Below, piece after piece: positions 19,024 through 27,983 of a DNA stretch of 64,000 bases. Location of the stretch: assembly GCA_964552945.1 (NCBI GenBank), contig CAZKIP010000004.1, positions 25,794 to 89,793 of the forward strand, given 5' to 3'. Each line of letters begins with the position of its first letter. Position 1 is the stretch's first letter. A model generated the notes under the pieces. It ran no database searches and was not told the origin of the DNA. It saw nothing but the letters and a program-made list of their open reading frames with translations. The position numbers were made by a program, and so were the translations under genes. Origin of the DNA: an uncultured Methanosarcinales archaeon (GTDB lineage: Archaea > Nanobdellota > Nanobdellia > Woesearchaeales > GW2011-AR9).

Positions 19024-20082
19024 ATGTTTAAAAAAGCCCAGATGCAGATTGGATTTAATTGGATTTTTGTTTTGATAGCTGGGGCGGTAATTTTACTTTT
19101 TTTTGTAGGTATTGTGGTTAAACAGCAACAAGTTTCTGAAGAAAATTTAGCAAGAGATATTGTAGGAACGATGGATTCAATATTTACTGCAGCTAGAGTT
19201 TCGGATAAAACTAAGAATGTAATTCCACTAAGAGGGTTAGAGAAAGAAATTTTATTGTTTAGTTGTGAGGATAGTGTTACCGAATTCTCGTTAAAAGACC
19301 AACCATTTAGGGAGCAGAATAATATTGACCCCCTTTTTTCGCCAAATGAAATAAAATCTTCAGAATTATTTTTAATAAGTTTGCCTTACAATTTACCCTA
19401 TAAAACTCTTGATTTTTTAATGCTAACTTCTCCAAGTGTGAAATATGTTTTGATTGGTAAAAAGGACTTGCCTTTTGTAGAAGAATTTCTTAATCAAACG
19501 GAAGGATTTAATGTAAAATATTTGCCAGAAGCCAAGTATGCTAAGTTGGACATAACTAGGGAGCTTCAGTTAAAAATTATTGATTTAGAAGGAGGCTTGA
19601 TTGTGGAAGGAGCCAAAGTTCCAGGAATTTTCGATGTGCTTGCAGATAAAAATGTTCGAGCAGTTTCTTTTTCAGGAAACCAGATTACTTATTATCAGAG
19701 GGAAGGAGATAGTTGGGCTTCTATGCATCAAGAACCTTTGCCTTTAATCTCTGTGGGAGGAGAGAGAGATGCCGCCAAATATGCCGCTATATTTGCTCAT
19801 GATGATTTGAATTATTGGTGTAACATGCAGAAGGCTTTCAACAGAATTTCTTTTGTTGATGAAATTTATCGTCAAAAAATAAAAGAGATGCTTCTGTATT
19901 ATGATAAAACAAAAAGTTCTTCCTGTGCTTCTGATACAAAATCTCTTTCTAAATCCTTAGAGGTTCATCAGGGACAAGCAGATATTTGTGAAAGGGATTC
20001 CTGTTCCGGATTTGTTGAAGAATCTAAGAAAATAAGAGAAACTAACCAGTTTTTGAAAGAATGTGAGATTCAATTATATTAA
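19024..20082 (+). CDS. Pilin-like protein (class III signal), 352 aa
   Basis: The tracked ORF starts at TTG 19018. The ATG at 19024 gives MFKKAQMQIGFNWIFVLIAGAVILLFFVG. Confidence 0.55.
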   Translation: MFKKAQMQIGFNWIFVLIAGAVILLFFVGIVVKQQQVSEENLARDIVGTMDSIFTAARVSDKTKNVIPLRGLEKEILLFSCEDSVTEFSLKDQPFREQNNIDPLFSPNEIKSSELFLISLPYNLPYKTLDFLMLTSPSVKYVLIGKKDLPFVEEFLNQTEGFNVKYLPEAKYAKLDITRELQLKIIDLEGGLIVEGAKVPGIFDVLADKNVRAVSFSGNQITYYQREGDSWASMHQEPLPLISVGGERDAAKYAAIFAHDDLNYWCNMQKAFNRISFVDEIYRQKIKEMLLYYDKTKSSSCASDTKSLSKSLEVHQGQADICERDSCSGFVEESKKIRETNQFLKECEIQLY

Positions 20083-20088
20083 ATAAAA

Positions 20089-20583
20089 ATGAAATTAAGC
20101 AAGAAAGCTCAAATAAGGATGACTGAAACAGTCTCGGTCTTATTCATTTTTTTTATTTTGGTAGCTTTTGGGATGCTTTTTTATGGGAAATATCAGGAAG
20201 GTGCAGTACTTGAGAAGGAAGAAGAGTTATTTGTTAAAAAAGCTCAAGATATTACCACTAAGCTGATTTATCTTCCCGAAATTGCTTGCACTAGAGGAGA
20301 TTCAGAGGCGGAAGCATTTTGTTTTGATTTGATGAAGTTAAGATCTGCCGGACAGGTGTTAGAAGATGATTACTATTTTGACATATTTTCATTTGCAAGA
20401 ATTACAATTAACCAAACTTATCCTAAAAAAGAGGAAGACATAATTATTTATGAAAGGCTTCCCAATGAAATTAAGAAAATCACCCCTTCAAGGTTTATAG
20501 TAGCTTTGAAAGATCAAAGTGAAGGAATTAATGGTGTTTCTTCATACCATTTTGGATTTGTTAAGGTGGAGGTTTTTTCATGA
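20089..20583 (+). CDS. Pilin-like protein (class III signal)
   Basis: MKLSKKAQIRMTETVSVLFIFFILVAFGMLFYG. Confidence 0.55.
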   Translation: MKLSKKAQIRMTETVSVLFIFFILVAFGMLFYGKYQEGAVLEKEEELFVKKAQDITTKLIYLPEIACTRGDSEAEAFCFDLMKLRSAGQVLEDDYYFDIFSFARITINQTYPKKEEDIIIYERLPNEIKKITPSRFIVALKDQSEGINGVSSYHFGFVKVEVFS

Positions 20584-21107
20584 ATCTCTTCTTTAAAAAA
20601 GGCCAGATGGAGATGGTTGGTTTGGTAGTTATCGTTATTCTTATTACGTTAGGGTTACTTTTTATGACCATTTTTGCTTTACAAAACGATGATAAGAAGG
20701 TTTTTACTCAGAAAGGGATAGCTGCTAGTACGATGGCTGCTTTAATGAAAACCACCATTTATGATTGTAATCAACCTAAACTTTCGTTAGAAAAAAAACT
20801 TCTTGATGATTGTGCAAAAAATCACGGGTTGCCAGAAGATTTATTTGAGTTTCATTGCGATGCTAAAAATAGTTGTGATTATTTAGAAGGGAAAATAACC
20901 GCTTTACTGAACGAAAGTTTGGGAAGGTGGGGTTTTCGTTACCAATATGAATCTACAGTTGTCCAAGGAGACGCGATTATTGGACCAATCGTTTCTTCCA
21001 GAGGAGGATGCGCTGCTAAAAAGATAGGGAGGGAAACCTCTAATCCATTCTTTCTTTCAGATGGGAAGGGAAGGTTGGTTAGAAGCGAATTATTCATCTG
21101 TGGATAG
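20580..21107 (+). CDS. Pilin-like protein (class III signal)
   Basis: MNLFFKKGQMEMVGLVVIVILITLGLLFM. ATGA overlap with the upstream gene. Confidence 0.6.
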   Translation: MNLFFKKGQMEMVGLVVIVILITLGLLFMTIFALQNDDKKVFTQKGIAASTMAALMKTTIYDCNQPKLSLEKKLLDDCAKNHGLPEDLFEFHCDAKNSCDYLEGKITALLNESLGRWGFRYQYESTVVQGDAIIGPIVSSRGGCAAKKIGRETSNPFFLSDGKGRLVRSELFICG

Positions 21108-21186
21108 TTGAAGATTTAGCAAAATTTATATAGGTTTATCTCTTTTTAAAAGGTAAATCGATATTTAAAAAACGAGGTGTAAAATT

Positions 21187-21537
21187 ATGTTTTCGAAAAA
21201 AGGTCAAGGTCTTTCATTAAATGTGATAATTATCGCGGCTTTAGCTCTGATAGTTCTGGTTGTTTTAGCAGCAGTTTTTATTGGTAGAATCACACCGGTA
21301 GGAGAAGATGTTGAAAGAGTAGGCAACACTGAATTGGTTAAAATGAAGCTTAAATATGGGACTTGCCATCCTAACGACGCAGAAGCGAACTCTTTTGTAA
21401 GTTCTTTTGGTCTAGCAGGATCTCCTGAAGATGGAGAGAAAGTTAAAGTTGAATTTAGTAATAAAATAAGTGATTGTAAAGAATTCAATGATGATCAGAA
21501 AAGTTGTGAAGCTTCTGGTGGATGTAGCTGGAAATAA
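21187..21537 (+). CDS. Pilin-like protein (class III signal), 116 aa; possible major subunit
   Basis: MFSKKGQGLSLNVIIIAALALIVLVVLAAVFIG. Has its own upstream AT-rich promoter-like region and a GAGGTG SD. Confidence 0.6.
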   Translation: MFSKKGQGLSLNVIIIAALALIVLVVLAAVFIGRITPVGEDVERVGNTELVKMKLKYGTCHPNDAEANSFVSSFGLAGSPEDGEKVKVEFSNKISDCKEFNDDQKSCEASGGCSWK

Positions 21538-21539
21538 AG

Positions 21540-21851
21540 ATGAATAAATCTTTTTTTTCTTTCCTTTTTGGGAAGAAAGCCTTAGCGAACATTTGGTGGA
21601 TTATTATTGGTGCAGTTCTGGCTTTAGTGGTTTTGATAGTTATATTACTTATTTTTACAGGAAAAACGACTCCCTTAGAACAAGGGTTACTTGATTGTGA
21701 AAGCAAAGGTGGACAATGTTTAAAGAAAGACGATTGTCTTAGCAAAAAGTACGATGGAACTGTCTCTTCAGCATTCGAATGCAGCGAGGGGAATGTTTGT
21801 TGTTTCACTCTTTTCAAAGAGACAGATAAAAAAGATTCGGATAATAAATGA
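21540..21851 (+). CDS. Pilin-like protein with a Cys-containing C-terminus
   Basis: MNKSFFSFLFGKKALANIWWIIIGAVLALVVLIVILLIF. C-terminus CESKGGQCLKKDDCLSKK...CSEGNVCCF. Confidence 0.5.
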   Translation: MNKSFFSFLFGKKALANIWWIIIGAVLALVVLIVILLIFTGKTTPLEQGLLDCESKGGQCLKKDDCLSKKYDGTVSSAFECSEGNVCCFTLFKETDKKDSDNK

Positions 21852-21870
21852 AAATATCAATAATAAAAAG

Positions 21871-21996
21871 ATGGTTTTTTCCAAGAAAGCACAGCTGATT
21901 ACCAAGGAAGCACTTTTGATTACTTTAGCGATTATTCTTTTTTTGTTGGTTTTTTATTTAGTGGTTGTTGAACCATTTATTTCAATAGGGATTTAA
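21871..21996 (+). CDS. Mini pilin-like protein (41 aa: signal plus helix only)
   Basis: MVFSKKAQLITKEALLITLAIILFLLVFYLVVV. In-frame ATG inside tracked ORF 21754..21996. Confidence 0.4.
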   Translation: MVFSKKAQLITKEALLITLAIILFLLVFYLVVVEPFISIGI

Positions 21997-22031
21997 AGAT
22001 GATAAATAGATGTTTATGTAATAAAAAGGGA

Positions 22032-22157
22032 ATGGCAAGATGGTTCTTAGCTTTTCTAATCCTTGCTTTAGTATTTTTAATTATGATGACGGTTTGGTTT
22101 GTTGCTTTGAAGGGGAATTTGGATTTTTTTTTTGATAAAATATTGGATTGGTTTTAA
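22032..22157 (+). CDS. Possible small single-TM protein (41 aa)
   Basis: MARWFLAFLILALVFLIMMTVWFVALKGNLDFFFDKILDWF. Not in the ORF track because it is under 60 aa. Fills the gap within the operon. Confidence 0.25.
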   Translation: MARWFLAFLILALVFLIMMTVWFVALKGNLDFFFDKILDWF

Positions 22158-23396
22158 ATGGGATTTGCATGGAGAAGATTGGGAGCAATACTTTTAGTGG
22201 TTATAGTGGTAGCTGTCGTTCTCACAATTGATAGTTCTACGTGGGGTGGAATTAAGGATGCTTTTGCTGATGCTGTGCTTAATAATAGTTTAAAGGTTGG
22301 CGGAAAGGACATAAAAGGAGTGAAACCAAAAGTCCCTCCAGACCACAAAGTTGCAATAGACTTATTGGTAGGGAGGATGAAAGACATGGCCAAATTGGAA
22401 GGCAATTATTGTTTTGCACAATATCAGAAACTTCCCCTCCTAAAGCAAACTACTTTACTTTTTGAAATGGACGGAGATAAAACACTTCTTCGTGTACTTG
22501 GTGGTGTTGGTGGTTTACAAGAAACAAATCTTAATTATGAACTTCCGCTAAAACTATGTGTTGTGGGGGGAGAACAAAACGGCGTTATTGTCTCTGAAGA
22601 CTTTTACAATACTTTTTTGGAACCAGATGGAGAAGCCCATAGCAATTTTTTTAAATCCGTAAACATTATTAAAATTGCCGGGGCCGATAATTCTAATAGG
22701 TTTAGTTATCTAGGGGTAGAAAATAAACTTGAAGATGGTGCTTGGTTATTCAAAGCTTCAGACAATCAAGTCTGCTTTTTCCCTGCCAGTTCAGACGAGG
22801 ATGAAGGAATTGATAGCGATTATTTAGTTGATAAGGAAGAAGAGAAAAGTATTTTTAACCAACTTAACAGAAATTCTTTGAAATGCCCCTCTTCTGAAGA
22901 TGATTGGCAGAAATATGAATCAATTGAAGTTACTGGTCTAAAATCAACTTCTGTTTCTCACGCAATCTCTCAGGGGTGTGAAGGATTGGTTGGAGAAGAT
23001 TGTCTTTCTGAAAGTGGCTGCAATGGAAAATATCCTGATATCTCTGGATTCAAGGAAGGTTGTGCCGTTTTTTCTACACGTGTTCATCTACCTTACGATG
23101 ATTGTGGAGCAGGAAAATCTCCCGAAGGACAAATTTTGTACCCCTATGGGAAGAATGTTCTTCAAAATAATGGCAATTTAAAATTGGTGCCTTATACATT
23201 TAAGGGTTTTGCTAGAACTAAAGAAATTGTTGAAAGTAACCTTTGGAAATCTTTTGACACTAAATCTTTAATTTGTGCAAAAAACGAATGGGTTGTATGT
23301 GATAGATTTCATTTAGATCAGGAATTTGTTGGTAAGGAAAAAACTTATCTTTGTAAGGAAGACAATGGGGTCATACTTTGGGAGGAAAAGACATGA
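22158..23396 (+). CDS. Secreted/membrane-anchored Cys-containing protein within the pilin operon
   Basis: MGFAWRRLGAILLVVIVVAVVLTI, an N-terminal TM. 412 aa with several Cys. ATGA overlap with the next gene. Confidence 0.45.
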   Translation: MGFAWRRLGAILLVVIVVAVVLTIDSSTWGGIKDAFADAVLNNSLKVGGKDIKGVKPKVPPDHKVAIDLLVGRMKDMAKLEGNYCFAQYQKLPLLKQTTLLFEMDGDKTLLRVLGGVGGLQETNLNYELPLKLCVVGGEQNGVIVSEDFYNTFLEPDGEAHSNFFKSVNIIKIAGADNSNRFSYLGVENKLEDGAWLFKASDNQVCFFPASSDEDEGIDSDYLVDKEEEKSIFNQLNRNSLKCPSSEDDWQKYESIEVTGLKSTSVSHAISQGCEGLVGEDCLSESGCNGKYPDISGFKEGCAVFSTRVHLPYDDCGAGKSPEGQILYPYGKNVLQNNGNLKLVPYTFKGFARTKEIVESNLWKSFDTKSLICAKNEWVVCDRFHLDQEFVGKEKTYLCKEDNGVILWEEKT

Positions 23397-24394
23397 AACG
23401 GCGCTTAAAAAGGTTTCTTAAAAGTAAGAGAGGAGTAGTTATGACTACTACTTTGGTTAAGATAACCGTTTTATTGATTTCCTTTATGTTAATAGGGGGA
23501 AGTATTGCGAGGTTTGCTTCTAAAGCAGGGGAGAAGGATACTGAAGCCATTTGTAGAACAAGTATAGATGCTAGAGTTGCTTCCATAACCAATGCTAAAC
23601 TTTTAGGAATTGAAGTGGAAGGAGTAAAATCTGTTCCAATGCTTTGTACTACTATCGATAAAAAACTTTCTGGCGAAAAGGAAGAGATAATGGATGATAT
23701 GGCGGAAATGATTTCTAGATGTTGGTGGATGTTCCGTTTGGGTAAAACCGCAGACTTGTTTAAATCCATCCCTGGAGTTGAAGGAGGAAATAAAGGGAAG
23801 ATTTGTTACACCGCTTTGATTAAAGACATCAAGGACGCAGATTATATTACTGGCCAAGAATTTTTTCAATATCTTTCCAAGAAACCTCATCCGGATATGG
23901 GTCCCGAAGAAACCTATACTGATTACGTTCAATATGCCGGTGGCCCAGGAAGAATTTTACTATTATTAAACCAGAAAAAAGGTGAAGCAACTGTAAAAAA
24001 AGATGCAGATTTACTCTCTCTCTTAAATGACGGGATCTCTGAAGGAGGAGTTTTCCAAGAAAATAATGCTTATGAGATTGCTTTCATAGAAAAAAGAGGT
24101 AATGAAAACGATTGGATTTCCTCCTCTTTAGTTGGAGGCGGTTCTGCGGCTGCAATAGGTGGTGGATTAGCAATTTGGGCGGGAGTAGCTACCGGCGGAA
24201 TTGGTTTGATTGTTTATGGTGTTGGTGCACTTGCTATAGGGGCTTATTCATTAGCTGAAGGAGCAGTGATTGAATTAGAAGATTTGTTTGCTCAAGAAGA
24301 TGTAAGCACAATAATTGTTGTTGATGTTTCAGACAAACAATTACAGAGAAAATTACATAAAAATGTTTTGCTTGACGATTCTGCAGGCAAGTAA
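23393..24394 (+). CDS. Pilin-like protein with a Gly-rich C-terminal TM segment
   Basis: The tracked ORF starts at TTG 23378. The ATG at 23393 gives MKRRLKRFLKSKRGVVMTTTLVKITVLLISFMLIGG. C-terminus GGGSAAAIGGGLAIWAGVATGGIGLIVYGVGALAIGAY is glycine-zipper-like. Confidence 0.45.
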   Translation: MKRRLKRFLKSKRGVVMTTTLVKITVLLISFMLIGGSIARFASKAGEKDTEAICRTSIDARVASITNAKLLGIEVEGVKSVPMLCTTIDKKLSGEKEEIMDDMAEMISRCWWMFRLGKTADLFKSIPGVEGGNKGKICYTALIKDIKDADYITGQEFFQYLSKKPHPDMGPEETYTDYVQYAGGPGRILLLLNQKKGEATVKKDADLLSLLNDGISEGGVFQENNAYEIAFIEKRGNENDWISSSLVGGGSAAAIGGGLAIWAGVATGGIGLIVYGVGALAIGAYSLAEGAVIELEDLFAQEDVSTIIVVDVSDKQLQRKLHKNVLLDDSAGK

Positions 24395-24406
24395 AAGGTG
24401 ATAAAG

Positions 24407-24676
24407 ATGAAAAATAAAAAAGGAGCCCTCTCTTGGGAGTATATTATAGTAGGCGTACTCGTTTTAGTAGTTCTAATTGTTGTTTTAATGATTTTTTCAA
24501 AAGGAGCGGAGAAAGGCGGAGATAGTTTGCTTGAAAAAATTGAAGGAACTAAACACGATACTGATAAAGATGGTGTGGCTAATTATTTAGACAAATGTCC
24601 TTGTGATCCTGAAGTGGGAGGAGAATGGACAGAAGATAAAGGTAGCATAGATAAGTGTACTCCTTGTACGGAATGA
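24407..24676 (+). CDS. Small pilin-like protein with a TSP3-like Ca-binding, Cys-containing C-terminus
   Basis: The tracked ORF starts at GTG 24398. The ATG at 24407 gives MKNKKGALSWEYIIVGVLVLVVLIVVLMIF, with Glu at +4 after the predicted cleavage. C-terminus DTDKDGVANYLDKCPCDPEVGG. Confidence 0.6.
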   Translation: MKNKKGALSWEYIIVGVLVLVVLIVVLMIFSKGAEKGGDSLLEKIEGTKHDTDKDGVANYLDKCPCDPEVGGEWTEDKGSIDKCTPCTE

Positions 24677-25314
24677 TTATAATGGTAAACAAAAGAGGAT
24701 TGATGTTAAATTTTTTAACTTCTCTACTCATAGCTATTTTTCTTTTTGGAACCGCTTTTGGAATTGTTTCAAAAGTTTTTAGGACAAGTTCGCAAGCAAA
24801 AGAAAGTTTTATAGAATTTTTGGAAGATATTGAAGATTTTTCAAATGGTGGTAAAGAGTTAGATAGTTCTTTATTGATTATGGATGAAGAAAGTTTAGTC
24901 ATACTTTTTAAAAATAAAGAGAGGAAATTGATTTTATCTCAGAGTAAAGCAGATTTTGATGCTAGTGTCACTTCATCATTTTTGGCACCAGATCCTGAAG
25001 AAATAAAAAAAAGGATTGATTGGAAATACAATTTTTATTTCTCATATCCTGCAAATTATTGCACTAAAGAGGAATGTGCTTGTTTATGTGATTCGTTTAG
25101 GATAGGACAGGCAAAATCTTATAATACCGATATTAAAAACGAGTTAATAGAACTTAGTGTTCCTTGTAAGAATTTATTTTGCAGAGAATTGGACGTTTCT
25201 TTGGAAGAAACTTGGTCCATTGACAGACAGAAAAAAGATAATAACATCTTCCGTCGCAGTTTGATTGAATTTACTAAGAATAGCAAAGGAGAAATAATTC
25301 TGGAGCAAAAATGA
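24673..25314 (+). CDS. Pilin-like protein
   Basis: MIIMVNKRGLMLNFLTSLLIAIFLFGTAFG. Alternative ATG at 24682. Cys-containing C-terminal part. Confidence 0.5.
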   Translation: MIIMVNKRGLMLNFLTSLLIAIFLFGTAFGIVSKVFRTSSQAKESFIEFLEDIEDFSNGGKELDSSLLIMDEESLVILFKNKERKLILSQSKADFDASVTSSFLAPDPEEIKKRIDWKYNFYFSYPANYCTKEECACLCDSFRIGQAKSYNTDIKNELIELSVPCKNLFCRELDVSLEETWSIDRQKKDNNIFRRSLIEFTKNSKGEIILEQK

Positions 25315-25718
25315 ATAAGAAAGGTGCAGGATTAATTGTGTTTATTTTAGAAATTGTTTTGGTAGTTTCCCTTATTTCCGTGTCTTCTTTTGCAGCAGTT
25401 AAATTATCTAGTGACGAAACTCTCGTGCAAATGAACCTAGCTAACGACATTAAAATGATGGTGGACGTTTTTATAGCTCTACCAGGAGATGCAGTAGTCG
25501 AAATTCCTTACAATACAGAGAAATATGTTGTTACACTACGACAGAAGGGAGTTGAAGTGAGGATAGGGGAAGAACTTTCTATTAAAAAAAGTTATTCTCT
25601 TCCTTTAGAATTTAGAGCAGCTAAGAAGTTGGAAAATGTTAAAACAATCTGTTTAGTTAAGAAAGAAAATATTATTACAATGAAAGAATGTGGAAAAGAT
25701 GAAAGGAGAACTTCATAA
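25311..25718 (+). CDS. Pilin-like protein
   Basis: MNKKGAGLIVFILEIVLVVSLISV. ATGA overlap. Confidence 0.6.
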   Translation: MNKKGAGLIVFILEIVLVVSLISVSSFAAVKLSSDETLVQMNLANDIKMMVDVFIALPGDAVVEIPYNTEKYVVTLRQKGVEVRIGEELSIKKSYSLPLEFRAAKKLENVKTICLVKKENIITMKECGKDERRTS

Positions 25719-26191
25719 TGAATAAGAAAGGTGTATCAGCATTTGATTTGGCTGGAAAATCAGTTTACTGGACCATTTCGGTGGTAGTTCTCACGGGAGT
25801 TATTTTAGCATTTATTGGAATGTTGGCAAGTTATTCAGCAGATTTAAGAAAAGTTCCAGAAGGTTTAGAGGTAGAATTGATTTCTTTACGTTTTACAAAT
25901 AGTCCAGATTGTTTCACTTACCAAGATGAAAAAAATGGGAGAATTTATCCTTTGGTGATTGATTTATCTAAATTTACCCAAAAGAGAATGGGCAATTGTT
26001 ATGCCACAAGCGAAGACCCAAAAATTGGATTTAAACAATTTAATTTTGCTTTGGAACTTTCTGGAAAAGAAGTTTTTAGTAACAATTTTGGTGGTAAGGA
26101 AGATTTCGTTTTGAAGAAAATTGTTTATCTTAAAAAAGAAAATGGTTTGGAAAAAGCTATTTTAAAAATTAAAGTACAGGAGAAAATCTAA
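25718..26191 (+). CDS. Pilin-like protein
   Basis: MNKKGVSAFDLAGKSVYWTISVVVLTGVILAFIG. TAATG overlap. Confidence 0.55.
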   Translation: MNKKGVSAFDLAGKSVYWTISVVVLTGVILAFIGMLASYSADLRKVPEGLEVELISLRFTNSPDCFTYQDEKNGRIYPLVIDLSKFTQKRMGNCYATSEDPKIGFKQFNFALELSGKEVFSNNFGGKEDFVLKKIVYLKKENGLEKAILKIKVQEKI

Positions 26192-26787
26192 TGTTTAATA
26201 AAAAAGGAGCTATGGTGGATGATGTCTTCGATTTCCTATTTTTAACTCTGGCCGCTTTTTTAACTTTATTTTTCTTTTATGGTTCTTTGCAAGATGGAAT
26301 CTCTCAATCAGAACTTCAAAGTTTACAAAATATGGAAGATTGGACTGCAAGAAGAGATTTTACTACTTTTTTATTTAGTCCTATGCAAGTTGAAGGAGCA
26401 ACAATTTCAACATCTCAGCTAATTTCTCAAGCAGATTTGGAAGAGTATAAGCAAGAAAGAATCAATTCTTTTCAAGAGAGTGCCGATAACTTTTTTACTG
26501 AAAAATATTCTTTTAAAAAGGAATATTGGTTAGATGAACCTACGGGAAATTTTCCTTGGTGGATTGAAATTTATTCAGAGAACGACCTTTCAGAAGAGCA
26601 AAAGTTGAAAGGAGACACTTTTAAAAGTACTCTTGCTCCGGTAGAAGGTTTCACTTATAATGCTGGATTTTGTGAACCAATTCGTACAGAATCGTTTATG
26701 TCTTTTAAAAAATCAATAGTCAAAAAAGGCCCAAGAAATTTTATCTTGTCTTTTTGTAGTGGGAGGGAGTATGTTGTTAAGGATTAA
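26191..26787 (+). CDS. Pilin-like protein
   Basis: MFNKKGAMVDDVFDFLFLTLAAFLTLFFFYG. Confidence 0.55.
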   Translation: MFNKKGAMVDDVFDFLFLTLAAFLTLFFFYGSLQDGISQSELQSLQNMEDWTARRDFTTFLFSPMQVEGATISTSQLISQADLEEYKQERINSFQESADNFFTEKYSFKKEYWLDEPTGNFPWWIEIYSENDLSEEQKLKGDTFKSTLAPVEGFTYNAGFCEPIRTESFMSFKKSIVKKGPRNFILSFCSGREYVVKD

Positions 26788-27919
26788 TAAAAAAGGAGCA
26801 TTGTTTCATTGGATTGTCCTAGGCTTGTTACTAGCTACAGGCCTCTTTTTTATGAATTTTGGTGAAGTAAATAAAGATGCAATTAAAGGAGAATGGCAAA
26901 TTTCTTTTTTGAACAATGTTTTTTTACCAGCGGAACATAATCTTCTTTCAAATGATGATCAAATTAGAATCATTTCACAACAAACATTGCTTGATTTAGG
27001 AGCCAAAGGTTGTGGAGAGGAAATATATCCTTTATGGGATGATAAAGATTGTTTAGATAGTGTCAAAGCAGATGATGTTTTTTCAGCTGAAATAAAGAAA
27101 CGACTTTCTCAAACATTTCCAGAAAGGTCTTATCATGATATTGAAGTAAAAAAGAATCAAGTTTCTGGAGAGGGCAATAGGGGAGAAGTAATAAACAAAA
27201 AAGGTTTCTTTGCTAATTATAGTTACGATACAGACTTTTCTGTTGATTTAGGTTACGATTTTGATGAGTTTAGGCAAGTTTTATTCGATTCAGAAGAGAT
27301 AGTATCAAAATGTAAAAATTCGCCTAATATGGAGGGATGCTTAAATAAAGAATTTTCCAAGAAGGAAATCAACTGGGGAGAGAATTTGTGTAAAAACGAT
27401 GACAAATTATTTTATGGTTTATATCTGGAATATCAAAGATGTTTAGAAACTTCTGATGATAATTGTTTATGTAGTTTGAACTTGGTAGAACATAATCTTG
27501 AAGATTATTTGCTTGAATTTAACCAGAAAAATGATAAATTAGAAATAACAAATGGGAAAGAAAGTTACCAGATTGAGCTAGGAAATAAGTTCCACATAAC
27601 TCCTTCAACTTTAAAAATTTCTGGGAAAGAAGCTGAATTGTTTTTTCCAAATAAAGGTGGTCAGCAAAGAGATTACACTTTGGTTATAAAAAATAATTTG
27701 GTTCTTCTTAAGAGAGGAGGCAAATTGGATTTTGTAAATTTGAAGAATAACGAAATTAGGTTATGGAATAACAAAATTGAGAGATTAAACAATCCTTTTG
27801 TTTGTTCACAAAAAAACCCTTCAGAGAAAAATTTATGCGTAGAATCGAACACAAAAGTTTTCGATATGAGAGGAAATTTGTTACCAATCAGATATAGATT
27901 TGCTCTAAATTTTGGATAA
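26771..27919 (+). CDS. Pilin-like protein, ~382 aa; last gene of the array
   Basis: The tracked ORF starts at GTG 26759. The ATG at 26771 gives MLLRINKKGALFHWIVLGLLLATGLFFMNF. Cys-containing globular domain. Confidence 0.55.
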   Translation: MLLRINKKGALFHWIVLGLLLATGLFFMNFGEVNKDAIKGEWQISFLNNVFLPAEHNLLSNDDQIRIISQQTLLDLGAKGCGEEIYPLWDDKDCLDSVKADDVFSAEIKKRLSQTFPERSYHDIEVKKNQVSGEGNRGEVINKKGFFANYSYDTDFSVDLGYDFDEFRQVLFDSEEIVSKCKNSPNMEGCLNKEFSKKEINWGENLCKNDDKLFYGLYLEYQRCLETSDDNCLCSLNLVEHNLEDYLLEFNQKNDKLEITNGKESYQIELGNKFHITPSTLKISGKEAELFFPNKGGQQRDYTLVIKNNLVLLKRGGKLDFVNLKNNEIRLWNNKIERLNNPFVCSQKNPSEKNLCVESNTKVFDMRGNLLPIRYRFALNFG

Positions 27920-27942
27920 AGTAGCGGTTGAATACCTAAATG

Positions 27943-27952
27943 TATATAAATA
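27943..27952 (+). promoter_or_regulatory. Candidate TATA box
   Basis: tatataaata lies ~32 nt upstream of ATG 27984. Confidence 0.4.
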
Positions 27953-27983
27953 ATTTTTATTGCCATTGTAAAGGGTGGTTTTA

